DNA of 63,498 nucleotides, filler included, from Octopus bimaculoides (Eukaryota): NCBI RefSeq assembly GCF_001194135.2. It is 6 parts of 6 records of this genome, joined end to end, with 100 filler letters (N's around TTAATTAATTAA, not from the genome) between each part and the next. Parts side by side here need not be neighbours in the genome. Positions count along the whole stretch, not along the records: positions 62,342 to 63,498 come from NC_068991.1; 5 more parts are not named here. One strand, written 5' to 3'. The notes below the pieces were generated by a model, which searched no databases, was not told where the DNA came from, and was given only the letters and a program-made list of their open reading frames with translations. Positions 63,446 to 63,498 of the stretch are shown here, in pieces (position 1 is the first letter of the stretch; every line of letters starts with the position of its first letter). The position numbers and the translations under genes are program-made.

Positions 63446-63498
63446 TGTATCACACAGTAATGTTCTCGTGTAAAAGAGGGGAGGACAGTTTAGGTTTA

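Overview
This is AT-rich animal genomic DNA from a gappy draft assembly. It is dense in microsatellites, tRNA-derived SINEs and decayed transposons, and the repeat families look cephalopod (probably Octopus; inferred from repeat recognition only). No prokaryotic features, rRNA, intact tRNA or CRISPR array were seen. Most entries in the ORF track are microsatellite or N-run artefacts. One host exon is well supported: a symmetric phase 1-1 immunoglobulin-domain exon at 22535-22819 (+). Several weaker orphan exon candidates are also present. Recognisable TE remnants are pogo/Brinker-DBD, piggyBac, three Penelope-like elements, CR1/L2, RTE (with a PHD-like finger), R4/Dong, mariner, maT/DD37D and several MITEs. 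Two non-coding signals stand out. The first is a set of about nine type I hammerhead-ribozyme-like motifs, two with fully intact catalytic cores (50831-50914, 62363-62448) and two ending convergent Penelope elements. The second is a 475-bp TRIM-like miniature LTR retroelement (58524-58998) with LTRs, a tRNA-Ser PBS and a PPT. CpG content also rises abruptly across the gap near 30.3 kb. Coordinates were counted by hand and may be off by a few bases.
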